Shown here in pieces: positions 1 to 12,600 of a stretch of DNA of 60,918 nucleotides. Made by a program: the position numbers and the translations under genes. Numbering within the stretch: position 1 is the stretch's first letter; the number at the start of each line of letters is the position of its first letter. The stretch comes from Balanoglossus misakiensis (Eukaryota > Animalia > Hemichordata): contig JBECUI020000051.1 in the NCBI GenBank assembly GCA_040954595.2, forward strand, positions 1 to 60,918, written 5' to 3'. The notes below the pieces were generated by a model. The model was given only the letters and a program-made list of their open reading frames with translations. It ran no database searches and was not told where the DNA came from.

Positions 1-522
1 AATTTGTTCCACGCAGTGATAAAACAATTTCATACAAGAGTGAGCATCTTCGAGTGCACGGTGAGAGATCGAAACAATCCCTATATCCTGTGCTAGAGTT
101 TCCAACCGATAACTACGTTGATTCGGCATAGCCCGTCTTGCAAGCACCACCGTATCAACAGCTATATTGGACATTGAAGGTTTCCCTGTCTTGTTGAGTA
201 TCACGTTGAGAAATGCAAGATCAAAGGATATATTATGTGCAACAAGTACCGCACCGTCAATAAATCGACAGAAATCAGGCAGGATATTCTCTATCTGCGG
301 GGCATTTTTAAGCATATCGGCAGTAATGGAATGTACACGGATTGAATCGTCGCTTAGCTCAATGCTGGGGTGAACTAACTGATGGAAGCGCTTTTTTTCG
401 CCATCCATAGTAAAACGAATTGCCCCTATTTCAATAATTTGATCTGTGTTCGGATTTAACCCGGTTGTTTCAAAATCAAATGCAACAAATTCAAGTTGAT
501 CTATTGAAATATCTTTATCCAT
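1..522 (-). CDS. DEDDh 3'-5' exonuclease (DnaQ/PolC-exo family), runs off the window edge
   Basis: Hand translation from ATG at 522 gives MDKDISIDQLEFVAFDFETTGLNPNTDQIIEIGAIRF...SHRALEDA (ExoI and ExoIII motifs). The start overlaps the end of pgm. Confidence 0.85.
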   Translation of the reverse strand, partial: MDKDISIDQLEFVAFDFETTGLNPNTDQIIEIGAIRFTMDGEKKRFHQLVHPSIELSDDSIRVHSITADMLKNAPQIENILPDFCRFIDGAVLVAHNISFDLAFLNVILNKTGKPSMSNIAVDTVVLARRAMPNQRSYRLETLAQDIGIVSISHRALEDAHSCMKLFYHCVEQI

Positions 523-2263
523 TGCTTCCTCCCGTTTGAATCAATTGTTCTAATTCACTTTGTAGAGTTACGACGCGCGTCTCCACCTTTTCTCGTTCAT
601 GTTCGGCATTGCCTGAACAACAAATATATACCTTCAGTTTTGGTTCGGTGCCTGAGGGGCGTACTGTAAGCCAATTGCCTGCACTAAACTCGTATTTAAG
701 CACATTAGAGCACGGCAACCCGGGGCCGGGAACATGTTTTCCATCTGCAGGATATATGTATATATCACGTTGTACATCAAGTACTCGGTTAACCGGTATC
801 CCGGCAAGAGTTTGCGCAGGTTTTGTACGGAGTCCATCCATAAGCCTTGCCATCTGCTGCATGCCCTGTTCTCCTTCAAAAAAAACTGAAAAAGATTTAT
901 CAACAAAATATCCAACCTGCCTGTACAGTTCCTCAAGGCGTTGCAACAAATTTTTTCCCTGCCTGCGATAAAATAACACCATTTCCACCGTCAACCATGC
1001 TGCTGCAAATGCATCCTTATCCCAAACATGATTGCCAATAAGATAGCCGTAACTTTCCTCTGTACCCATAACAAAACGGGATAACTGTCCTGCTTGTTCC
1101 AGTTCGCGCATAACATCTGCTATGTTTTTAAATCCCGTTAATGTTTGACGACAGCTTACCGAGAGAGATTCCAAGACGCGGTGCTGCATATCACTTGTTA
1201 CAATGGTATTCACAAAGACGGCATTATCAGGCAATCGTTGCTGAGATTTCAGGGCATTAAAGATATAGTCAGCCAACAATGTGCCATGTTGATTTCCACT
1301 CATTAAGCGATATTCCCCATTGTTAGGAACTGCAATACCAAGACGATCGGAATCGGGATCGGTTGCAAGAACAATATCCGCTTGATGCCTCTTTGCATAA
1401 TCCAACACCATCTTCATTGCTGATGGCTCTTCAGGATTCGGGGCAGCAACCGTGGGAAACTCTCCGTCGGGGGCTTTCTGTTCAGGAACAATCAATAACT
1501 CTATATTAGAGTTCTCAAAAAGATTGGTCATGGGAAGGGCTCCTGTTCCATGAAGGGGAGTATATGCTACACGAAGGGGATCTCCCTGAAAGAGGTCGGG
1601 GAAAATAGACTGTTTTCGTGTTGCCTGAATAAATGCGCTATCCGCATCGACATTGAGGTATTCAATTTTTTTTTGTCGGAGTGCTTCCTGAAGACTCATA
1701 ACTGAAGAAATTTCTTCGATCGCATTCATTTCTTCAAGAATATATTGTTCGTGGGGTGGAATAATCTGTGAGCCGTCATTCCAATATACCTTATAGCCAT
1801 TGTATGCGGGGGGATTATGGCTTGCAGTAATCATAATGCCACAGTCGGCAGATAAACGCCTCAGGGTAAAAGAGAGCTCTGGGGTTGGACGTAAGTCCTG
1901 AAATAAATATACATGAAGACCGTGTGTTGCAAGGATTGTTGCAGCTTGCTCGGCAAAAATGCGAGAATACCTGCGAGAATCATAACTTATGACCGCACTC
2001 GGGTTTTGTATGCGAAGACGCAGAACATACCGAGCTAATCCTTCACTTGCTCTGCCTACAATGTAGGAATTCATTCGGTTATATCCACCACCAATAATAC
2101 CGCGCAGTCCTCCAGTTCCAAAACTCAGATGCGTGTAAAATCGATCAAACAATTCATCAAAATTATTATTGTCCAATAATTGCGTAATTTCGCGCGTAAA
2201 CCTTTGCTCTGTTTCATAACGTACGTATGCTTCAGCTCGTTTCAATATTTCATTGTTATCCAT
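515..2263 (-). CDS. pgm: Phosphoglucomutase/phosphomannomutase
   Basis: FGTGGLRG, phosphoserine motif TASHNP, metal loop DPDSDR, GTEESYG, RPSGTEPK. Confidence 0.93.
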   Translation of the reverse strand: MDNNEILKRAEAYVRYETEQRFTREITQLLDNNNFDELFDRFYTHLSFGTGGLRGIIGGGYNRMNSYIVGRASEGLARYVLRLRIQNPSAVISYDSRRYSRIFAEQAATILATHGLHVYLFQDLRPTPELSFTLRRLSADCGIMITASHNPPAYNGYKVYWNDGSQIIPPHEQYILEEMNAIEEISSVMSLQEALRQKKIEYLNVDADSAFIQATRKQSIFPDLFQGDPLRVAYTPLHGTGALPMTNLFENSNIELLIVPEQKAPDGEFPTVAAPNPEEPSAMKMVLDYAKRHQADIVLATDPDSDRLGIAVPNNGEYRLMSGNQHGTLLADYIFNALKSQQRLPDNAVFVNTIVTSDMQHRVLESLSVSCRQTLTGFKNIADVMRELEQAGQLSRFVMGTEESYGYLIGNHVWDKDAFAAAWLTVEMVLFYRRQGKNLLQRLEELYRQVGYFVDKSFSVFFEGEQGMQQMARLMDGLRTKPAQTLAGIPVNRVLDVQRDIYIYPADGKHVPGPGLPCSNVLKYEFSAGNWLTVRPSGTEPKLKVYICCSGNAEHEREKVETRVVTLQSELEQLIQTGGSNG

Positions 2264-2292
2264 CTGTTCTCCTTGTTCATAATATACTATAG

Positions 2293-2928
2293 TTATTCTG
2301 TTCTGTCGAAAAATGCCAAGAGATCTCGAGGTTTGTGTAAAACAATATCAGCATGCATCAGATCCTGCAAAGAGCCAAAACCCCACATGGCAGCAGCAGA
2401 TACCATAGCAGCATTTTTCGCCAAAGCAATATCGACTGCGGCGTCGCCGACAACAACAATTTCTTCAGGCGGAAGACGCATTTCCTCAGCAATACGAAGT
2501 ACACGGGTCGGGTCGGGTTTTGCGGGAAAATCGGTATGCAATCCGCAAACAGCAACAAAATTGTAGTGAGAAAAGAATGCATCAACAATAGGAGCTACTA
2601 ATCGCTCATCTTTATTTGAAAGAATCGACATGGGAATGTTTTGCTTCGTCAACTCACCCAGCAAATTCTTAATGCCCGGATACGGTTTACTAGTGACGAT
2701 TGGATTTGCTCGGTACGTCTCAAAGACTTCCGTAAAAAGGTTGTCTATATCTGCACTTCCCTCAGCTGCCGATAGTATGAGATTTCGCAAGCCCTTACCT
2801 ATCCATGGACGATACTCTTCTTCCGTAAACGTTTGTTTCCCACGTGCCTGCAGTACCGTGTTGCATACACGAGTAATGTCACCCAAAGTATCTAACAAGG
2901 TCCCGTCAAGATCAAAAATTACTGCCAT
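2293..2928 (-). CDS. HAD hydrolase, phosphoglycolate phosphatase-like
   Basis: FDLDGTLLDT, SNK, KPDP, VGDAAVD motifs. Confidence 0.85.
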   Translation of the reverse strand: MAVIFDLDGTLLDTLGDITRVCNTVLQARGKQTFTEEEYRPWIGKGLRNLILSAAEGSADIDNLFTEVFETYRANPIVTSKPYPGIKNLLGELTKQNIPMSILSNKDERLVAPIVDAFFSHYNFVAVCGLHTDFPAKPDPTRVLRIAEEMRLPPEEIVVVGDAAVDIALAKNAAMVSAAAMWGFGSLQDLMHADIVLHKPRDLLAFFDRTE

Positions 2929-2986
2929 ATTACTTCCTTATTCTATTCTATAATAGTTTTTTTTTCTATGATAGAATACTACTGTC

Positions 2987-3649
2987 GTGCATATTATGGT
3001 TGGAACTGGTTTACATAAGCTACTCTATCTTCGTACTATTGATGAGCAGACATATGTTCTGCGTATTGCACGTAATGGATTAAAATTCGTACCCGGACAA
3101 TACCTAACTGCAGGTCCTGAGACCGGCATTGATATGCGTGAATACTCCATCTATTCCTCTCATGAAGAGGACGAATACTTGGAGATTCTTATTCGGGAGG
3201 TGCATACGGGTTATATCTCAAAAAAACTGCGTACCTTAGAATTAGGGAGTAATGTACGTATTGGCGGTCCATTCGGGTACTTCTTATTAAAAAACAGTTG
3301 GCAGAATGATGAACATATATTTATTGCAACCGGAACCGGTATTGCCCCATTCCACTCTTTTATCCTTTCCTATCCCAACATAAACTACCGACTGATCCAC
3401 GGCACTCGATTCCGTCATGAAACCTACGATAAAGAGACCTACGAAAAACACCGCTATATTCATTGCTGTTCCCGAGAATCCGGAGGAAATTTCCATGGAA
3501 GGATCACCGAATATCTACGTGAAACTCCCCTCCCGCAAACAGCACAGTACTACCTCTGCGGGAACTGCGATATGATCTATGAGGTCTACGACCTTCTCCA
3601 TAACCGCGATGTTCCCTCGGAACATATCCACGCAGAGGTGTACTTTTAA
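2987..3649 (+). CDS. Ferredoxin/flavodoxin-NADP+ reductase-like FAD/NAD(P) oxidoreductase
   Basis: FVPGQY, REYSIYS, ATGTGIAPF, YLCGN and C-terminal EVYF. Confidence 0.85.
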   Translation: MHIMVGTGLHKLLYLRTIDEQTYVLRIARNGLKFVPGQYLTAGPETGIDMREYSIYSSHEEDEYLEILIREVHTGYISKKLRTLELGSNVRIGGPFGYFLLKNSWQNDEHIFIATGTGIAPFHSFILSYPNINYRLIHGTRFRHETYDKETYEKHRYIHCCSRESGGNFHGRITEYLRETPLPQTAQYYLCGNCDMIYEVYDLLHNRDVPSEHIHAEVYF

Positions 3650-3661
3650 CATTTCCCAACA

Positions 3662-6600
3662 TTAATATTGTTGTTCATAAGGACCTATGTCCGGCATGCC
3701 TTGTATTGCGTTCCCGGTTATACTTTTTCGTTCTATGGCATCGGCAGGAAGCACCGTTGTCGATGTTTCCGGATTTGCCACATCGGTATACCATATGAGT
3801 TGATCAGCACTGTAGTAGATGGTGCTGTAGTCCGCTGCAATGGCGATGTACAATCCCTGATCTACAAGAGAACTATCGGAAGCAGGATGGTAGCCGTCGT
3901 CTGCGGTTTTCCACACGTCGTCCAGTCCCCGTGCCATGAATGCAGATAGGTCCCAGTTGGAATTTCCAAACTGGAACGTCGGCATGAGCGTTACATTGTT
4001 GCCAAGGTCGATGCCGCTTATTGTTCCTTCGCTATTGTAGATTTCTGTCAGGTAACTATGCGTATACTGAAACACACCGCCAAACATTCCACTGCCATGG
4101 AACAAAGGGCGTTGTAGGAATACACTATTAACGAGGCTCACTCCGGAACTATCTGTATTGTATATTAGATATTTACCTGCTGCATTTGGGCGGTCTGCAT
4201 CCTCCTCTAACAGTAATCCGTTTATAATGGTCGAAAAGGAATCCTGCGCATTAAATACAAAAAAGTCCTCCGACCGCGTTCCAGTTATGAGAATATTTAT
4301 AAAGATTGGTGAAGAATTTTCATTGTAAATGGCACTTCGCGAAGCAGGTGAGAACCCAGTAGTCGTATCTACGTTGTTAACCGTAAATACCGTATCTATC
4401 AATATGGGATTTGAGTTTTCATTATACATGGCAGAAACCTCATAACCAGTATTACTCCAAAATAAAACATTTTCAAGAACTGGAGAAGAGTCTTTATTAT
4501 ACATAACGCCGAAGGTGTAGTCCCTGCTATGCTTAAATTGCACATTTCTCAAGATTGGAGAAGAATTCTCATTGTAGATTGCAACACCTTTGCGATTTTC
4601 GTACTCTCCACCTGCATTTCCTCTTAAAATATTAGCCTCAAAGTCCACATTTTCAAGTAGGGGAGATGAATTCTCGTTATACATTCCTGCTCCGCGGTAG
4701 CGAGCGGCAAGGGTATAGAACAAAACATTTCTAATGGTTGGTGATGCATTGAGATTATACATACCTGCGCCTTTATCAGGGGTGACCGATTGAAATTGTT
4801 GCCCTGTTATCTCAAATCCATCCAGTACGGCAGTAGCATCCAGGTCTGTATTATAAAAAGCATGCCCAGCAGTTACAAGGATTATCTCAGACTCAGTTCT
4901 TCCTTCCAATGTTTGAGCCCCTCTTTCCAAACCGCCATAGACTTGTACATTATTTCGCAACTGAATGGAGCCGCCTGTGGCGGTGGATACCTGATGATTA
5001 CCTGATACCCAAACTTCCCCACCCCCTACAGCCGCTGCTGCATCTATTCCGTCCTGTATATTCGTAAATGCCGTATCCCAACTTTCACCATTCGATTCTC
5101 CTACTACGCTTTTAAGCACATACGCACGGAAGGGCTGTGTACGTACTTCCATTATTGCACTTGCAACCTCCAAGAGGTCATCGTTTCTTACTACAACACG
5201 TAGATAATACTGTGTATTCTGCAATAACCCGTCAACGGTATACTGTTTCGTGGTAACATCGGTAATGATTCTCGTTTCTGTCAGGTTCTCTCTCGATGTT
5301 CCGTATTCGACCCGATACTGCTCAAATCCTGCTTGGTTTCCAAAAGCATTCGTTCCATAACGACCACTATGGGAAAAGGATACAGTCCATCCTGAATAAG
5401 TAATATTACTGAATTGCAGATCAGTTGCTGCTGCAGGAAATTCACGTGTCCCCATAATGCCCGGCATTGGGGTGCTTGGGGCTCCTGCGCCGTGCATATT
5501 AACTGCCAGAACCGAAAAATAATATATCCTTTCCTGCTGAATATGCTCTGAGGTAAAGACGACATTATATGGATAATTGGGATCCGAGCCGATCGGCGGA
5601 AGTATGGTATAGCCATTTTCATCCGGATTAAAGACAGTAGTCGGGGGCTGCATCGTACCATATAAGATCTTATAATGTTGAATAGAAGCATGGTTAGCAC
5701 TTGGGGGGTCAAATGCTACCGTGATCGAGTCGCTCCCACTCACTACATTTACTCTTGCATCCGATTTGGGTACCCATGACGCCTTGATGGCATTACTGGC
5801 GGGGCTGGCTACCGAGACTCCTGCTGCATTCCTTGCTGCTACTGAAAAACTGTACTGAACACCCAATGTTAGACCACGAACTACCATGACCCTATCACTT
5901 CTCGTTCCTGATATACCTTGTGCATCCGGTGTGCTCGATATGTTATTCCACGTAGCCCGATCAATGGAATACGCTACTTCATAATCGGTAATAAGATCGT
6001 ACCCATCAAAAGTCGCATCCCAGTTCAGCGTAAACTCTTGCTCTCCTGAAATGGCTACAACAGGTTTTTCCCCTATTTGATCGGGTGTACGATACTTCGT
6101 AAATTTATACCTGGACGAGATACTGCCACTAAAATACGCTCCCCCTCCTGTTATTGTTAGAAAAAATTCATGTATACCGGGAGTGAGATCGGCAGCTGAT
6201 ATGTGCAGATCTCCCCATGTACTTGGATCCGTGCTGACTGTAATACTATCGCTCGGATACACAGTTATGGGAGTTAAGCTTATCGTGAGATCTCCTATCT
6301 TTGCAAGTCGCCATTCAGGAGTGCTGCCTTGAAGAAATATGCCCCTATAACTATACGTTAGTGCAGTTTGCCCGGTAGAGCGATAAGCCTCCTGCCGGAT
6401 ACCATTATCGTCGTTTCCCGCATATTGCCATTCATCGTAGTAGGTCGGCCGGGTGGGACTTATGTCATAAGGCACGATGATTACCGTTACAGAACTCGAT
6501 GCATAATAATTCGTACCTGTCGCATATACATTTAGGAGATAGTCTCCTGCAATTAATGTGTCCTCGATAGTAATAACACCATGTTCATCTATAATAATGT

Positions 6601-9600
6601 CGGGGTTCGTTGGTTCCAGCCGATATTGAATATCAGCGGGAGGGGTGGGTGCCAATGTTGGAGATAAAACATATCCTGTCATAACTTCCATACGATCAGG
6701 AATAGAATAAGAGAATACGTAGTCGGATCGCACTTCTACATTGATTGTCTTCGTAGTTACGATAGGCTGATACGTACCATTTCCATTGTTATGGAAAGAA
6801 ATAGTAAGCTCTGCATGCCCTGCTTGGAAAGTTTCGATTTTTCCCTGATTCGAACCCGGAATTGGGGTTATTTTTGCTACATTTTCATCGGAACTGGAGT
6901 ACTGTATAGATGATTCTAACGGAGTTGCTCCTCCGTCCTGCGTAAAATCGTGCTCTAACCAGTCGTCAACTTCATTCACTGTAATGATGCGTTCCCAATT
7001 TTCTCCCATTGTTATATTTGTCGGTACATCAATACTCACTTTACTCCCCATGAATACGGGGTCAACCGAGAGCCATTGGCTCACGCTTGTTATCTCTATG
7101 CCGGGAGTGCTCGTATCAGGAGCAAGCACCCTCATTTGAACATGATAATCAATGCCTCCCTCCCATGGAAGGGAATCAATAACATTGGAATCAGATAGTC
7201 TTATTATTTCAGACCATGGACCTACCGTTCCCCCATCGGATGTTCTATAGCGCATCTCATAGACGAGTAGTGTTAAAGGCTGGCCAGTCTGAAAAGAGGG
7301 GCTCTCCCCTTCGGTCTGTAGTGCATTGCCAAACGATATCTGGGCTGCGTTCCTAACTGACTCGGCATCTACATACGGTGCAATGCTACCGGCATTTTTT
7401 GTTAGTCTTAACACGGGAAAGGGGCCTTCCAGTTTTACAACAGGACCTAATGTGGTGGCACCTCCATTGTTTGCTGAGCGAAATACAAAATGAAAGAATC
7501 CGTTATAGGAAGCCATGTTTGCCCGTTTTGTCCTCGTATCAATGGTAGTTAAGGCAGTACCCGACGATACTAAATCCGCAGCAGTAATAGAGTAGGCGCT
7601 ATCGAGCGATGTACTATAGTATGCGTCCAAAGTAAACGGATATGGTAGTCCATATTGGTCTACTCCTCCTGGATTGTGATTACGTACCGATATATCAATA
7701 TCATTTGCATTCGGCCAAGATAGATAAAACTGATCTACGATTACAGGTTCAGACGTTGGATACACCGGCGTTTGTACCGTGAGAGGAGCACTTTGTGCTC
7801 CGAGAATTCCATTGGTGGCACGTACAGTAAACGTATAGTTAGTATTATATCGAAGATTGGGAATACTTGCATGTGTTGTGCCCGATACTTCCATACTTCC
7901 GTCGGCCCAATACACGACATAGTTCAGGTCATACGAAGGAGAGCCTTCGTAAGCCCCAGATTTGATTGGAGCAGTCCACTGCAACTTAAGAGTAACTGAC
8001 AGTACGCCATTATCATCTATGAATTCCTCTTGAACATTCTGCAGGTTCGTTGGTGCACCGGGGGCTGTACTGGCAGGCTCAACTGTTATAGTAATTGTTT
8101 TACTCGTCCCATCCCCTGCCGTTGCCGTAAGAAGCGCAGAAGCCTGCACATTTGCTGAGGCTATAACCGTGTGGTCAGTATTGCTATTCAGTGTTACTCT
8201 GCCATCATTCGGGCTCACCGTCCATGTTACACCATCAGGGGCACTGTCAACCTGTAGAAGCGCTGTAAAAGATTGTGTACTTCCTTCGTACATGGTAAAT
8301 TGACCGTCTGTAACGTCAATGCCTCCATCGGGCGCATTAGGAATATCAGCCTGCAACGTGAATGATGCTATGCCATTGCTTCTAAGCTCTTTTCTTGTGC
8401 TATAACTGTCAAATCCATGACTTATCGTCGTAGGCGGATCGTTGTAGCTTTTTACCTCAATAGTGTATATTGCTCCTGCTACTAATCCAGTTAACGTTAC
8501 AGGGCGTGTATGAACATCGCCGTAGTTGACAGTCCTACCCCCCCCTCTCGAATAGTGTAAGGTATAGCGTGCAGCAACATGCTCACCGAATACATTTCTC
8601 CCTGGGTATTCTGGTTCAGACCAGTTGATTTTTAACTGCCCGAACTCCATGTTCCCAGACTCTTTATATATATTGATTCCAGCAGCCGTATATGTGGTAT
8701 AAAGAGTTTGCGGTTCGCTTGCCTCACTTGTTAAGCCCACATTATTTGTTGCCGTTACGAGATACGTTTGTCCATTGTAGACTGGATGGGGCATCGTATA
8801 ATGAGGGTTATCTAAGTCGGTAGTTATTTCCGCTAACTTATTGCTTTCTATTAACTCGGGCGGGAGATGGGGGGGGGCGCCCGTGCTGTTTTTGACATAG
8901 ATTGTGTAGCTTGTTATGATTGCAGGATTTCCGTTTACATCCGAACCGCTTGTCAAAACTTGCCATTGCAGAGTAACATCACTAAGCGTTGCTATCGATT
9001 CAATAAATATGGGTGCACTCGGTGCAGTAGAACGATCAAGTGGAAAAATTACGAGGGTTTCCTGCCAGCGCAGATTTCCAGAATATGTTGGATGCGTTGC
9101 GGTAACAATTACGGTATATGACCCTGCAGGAACATTATTTCCGACTGTTAAGATACCTTCCGTTGTTACGAGAAATCCTTCCGTTACATTTGCTCCCCCT
9201 AAAATAACTTCTACTGCAAAGATTAATTCATTTGTCGGAGGACTACCTGCTCCAAAAACAGGATTGTAGCGATGTTCTACTCCATACTGCGGCATTTGGT
9301 CAATAGTATAGGATAGACTACCCGTAATTGTTTCTGCTACAACTGTTATTTCTATATCAACTATTTTCTGTCCTCTAAAGTTTGTATTGTCTGCCGGTAC
9401 TGTTGCTGTTACCTGAAGTTCATGACTCCCTTCCGGAACGGTGCTTCCAACTCGTATCGTTCCATTGTCATCTATGCTAATATCAGCACTCGGGGCATTT
9501 CCTGCTCTATCAGTTATCCGATACTCCACCGGAATAGGAATGTTTGTATTGACCGGTATATCCGTTGTTCGGTTAAATCTAACCGATAGTAGGGTATAGA

Positions 9601-12600
9601 TCATGTTATAGATGTCTATATTCTTGGGTGTTACTGTTACCGTTCCTTGCCACAGAAGTTCTCCTTCATATTCATCCGCATTCCTAGCCTCAATACGTGC
9701 TGCATAGCTCCCGGCATCAGCCGTTGGTAATACTTGAAGAACGCCGAGGTTGTTCACTTGAAACCCGGATACTTGCACGCCATTTTTTGTCGCATCTATG
9801 CTGTATATCAAGGAATCAGACGGACTTCCCGCACCAAGCGTTGGATGATATTCCTTCCCATCAGAGTAAATGGCAGGGCTGGTCGTATCATACGACAAGG
9901 TTCCGCCAATGTTGGGAAGGGTAACTGTTAGAGTAATGGTATCACTCTGAGTAGGATCAGCTGTCGAGGTTGCTGTTATGCTTGTTGTTCCCTTTGCTAC
10001 AGCCTGTACTAATCCATCATCGGCATTGACTGTTGCTACTGTTGGATCCACACTTTCCCACCTGACCGTTTCTGCAATGTTGCTTCCAATGACCGTGGCT
10101 GAAAGCGTTTGACTTGATCGCTTGAGCAAGGTGATGGGATCTTCTCCGTCTATTGTTACACTTGCTACCCCGTTACTATAGAATGTGCCGGTACTGCTCC
10201 AATTGCTTGTGTACAGCGTATTCCACTCGGCACGAACACGGAACTCATACTCTTCTCCCCCGTCCAAATTTCTTATCGTTTGGTACAGATTCGTTGTTGC
10301 TGCCATGGTTTCCCATGTAGTACTGCCATGTTTCCGGTAACTCACAATAAAGACTGATGAAACATCATTACCAGCACTATCCGTTCCTTGGCTTCCCTCA
10401 GTCCAAAATATACGAATCTCATTGATGGCCGTATATGTTGCATCCTTCTGTATATCAGTCGGACTCCCCGGATTAGTTGATTGATCGATGACTTCCTTTG
10501 TTGTAATGGTTTGAACAGAGCTCAGTGCAAAAGAATTCTCGGCCATTGCCTTGACAACAAGATAGTAGGAAGTTCCAATGCCTAAACCACTCATGGTTAT
10601 TGCCGGATTATCGCTTCCCGTTATCGCTTCTGTTCTCTTATTTCCTTCAACTGCTATTTCCTCACTTGTACCTATAGTAGTGGAAAGATAGACCTCATAT
10701 CCTGTTACCGCTTGTATTGCACCAGTCGCTGTCCGTCCAGGCGCTACTGCCGACCAGCTCATGCTTATCTCGGTTTGGGTTGTTGCGACCATTGGTGATA
10801 CTACCGTACCGACCTGTCGTACCAAAGACGGTGTTCTTACCACAAAAGTAGACTTGGGTCCTTCTAGCCCGTTGTTCGCACTCACTGCAAGACTGTAGGA
10901 GGCATCTCCTTTTAAGCCGGTGAGAGTATGGCTTGCGCCACTTACTTCAACGGGAACACCTGCAGTTTCTTCATGAAAGGTCTCGCCTTCATGCCAATAG
11001 AACCAATAAGTGCTAATTGTTGCAGCATTTCCACCTGTAATTGTTCCCGTGTCAACGGGTGCTGTCCACGAGATGGGGATACTGACGGTTGCACTACCAT
11101 CTGTTGCTTGCACCGTTTGGGCTTCGGCAGCAGTCAAGTCGGTTGGCATGCCCGGTTGTGTTGCTTCTTGTAGGGTAATGATAATGGTGGCTGTTTCTGT
11201 AAATGCGGGGTCTGCCACGGATGATGCGGTTATGGTTACCTCGCCTGCTCCCACTGCAGTTATCGTTGCCGTCCTATCCCCGTTATCTATAATACCTGCC
11301 AATTCAGGTTGGTCGTTCGTCCATCGAATGTCCTCTACAATGTTTTCACCACTGATGGTTGCTTCTAAAATCTGCTCTTCCTCGTTTTCCATGCTCTGAC
11401 GATAGGGAAGAATGATAATAGAAGTAACCCCGTTACTGAGAAATGATTGCGGTTCAGTCCAGGTGCTCGTTAAGGTCGGAACTGCCTTGTTTTTCGATTG
11501 TATTCGTATCTGGTAACTGACCACACTTTCCAATCCACTGAGAGTTATCTGTGGTAAGTCCGTTTCCTGCGAAATGGCGCTGTTCCATTCATCTTCTGTC
11601 GGTGCAGGATCGGCGGGAAGATAGGAAATAACATAACTGGTAGGTGCAAAATTTCCGCTTTCATCTAATCCCTGTCCTACCCGATCCCAGGCAATGGTAA
11701 GAGTTTTTATTTCTTTCTCGGTCATTACCTTCCTTATTGTCAACGGATCAACTGCATCCGGTGCGGCGCTACTAGCAGGGGTAGTTATTCCTTCCATTCT
11801 CCTGCTCAAACTTTCGCTACTAACGATTTCTCCGTCCATTGCTTCTGCTTTTATAACAATGAAGTAAGCAGTCTCCGGTTCCAATTCGGTTCCATTTGCT
11901 AGTTGCATTACTCGCAGTTCGTACGAGTCCTCGTTGCTCGGTTCTATTGTTTCGGTAAGATTTTCTTCTGCCACTACGGGTTGGTCGGTTGATACATAGA
12001 TACGATATCGTGTCGGGATCGTAATGCCTTGGTCATTTCTCCCCGCCGATACGGCTAACCAGCGCAGGATAATTTCTTTTGCCGCGAAGTCGGCAGTAAA
12101 GGTTACCATGCCTACATCTACCTTCTCTCGCACGAGGGTTGCTATCTGATATGCAGTTTCTATTGGAGTACTGAGCAGAGTACCTGATGCGTCTAACCAA
12201 GTGGTAATTACTACCTGATATGTTCTTCCCTCTTCAAGGGTGTCTGCCTTATACTGAATTATACCGTTTTGATTGACTACTTCTATCGCGGATACTTCTT
12301 TTACAATTTCATTTCCACTCTCATCGGTTAGCTTGATAATGTATTTATATACTGATTCTGCAGGTGCCTGCCATTGAAGAGTAATACTATCGGGTTGGCG
12401 TTCGAATGCCTGAATATTCGATACTCCTCCTCCCACTGCCCCTGTTTGTAGGTTCAGTACGGTACTTATGGCTGACATGGCATTACCGGCTTTTGCCTGT
12501 AGTTCTACCGAATACTCGACATTGCTAAGGAGTTCTGTGGTTATGGTATATCTAATTTCTGTTTCGGTGGAAACAATATTCGGATCATCTGCTGCGATAT

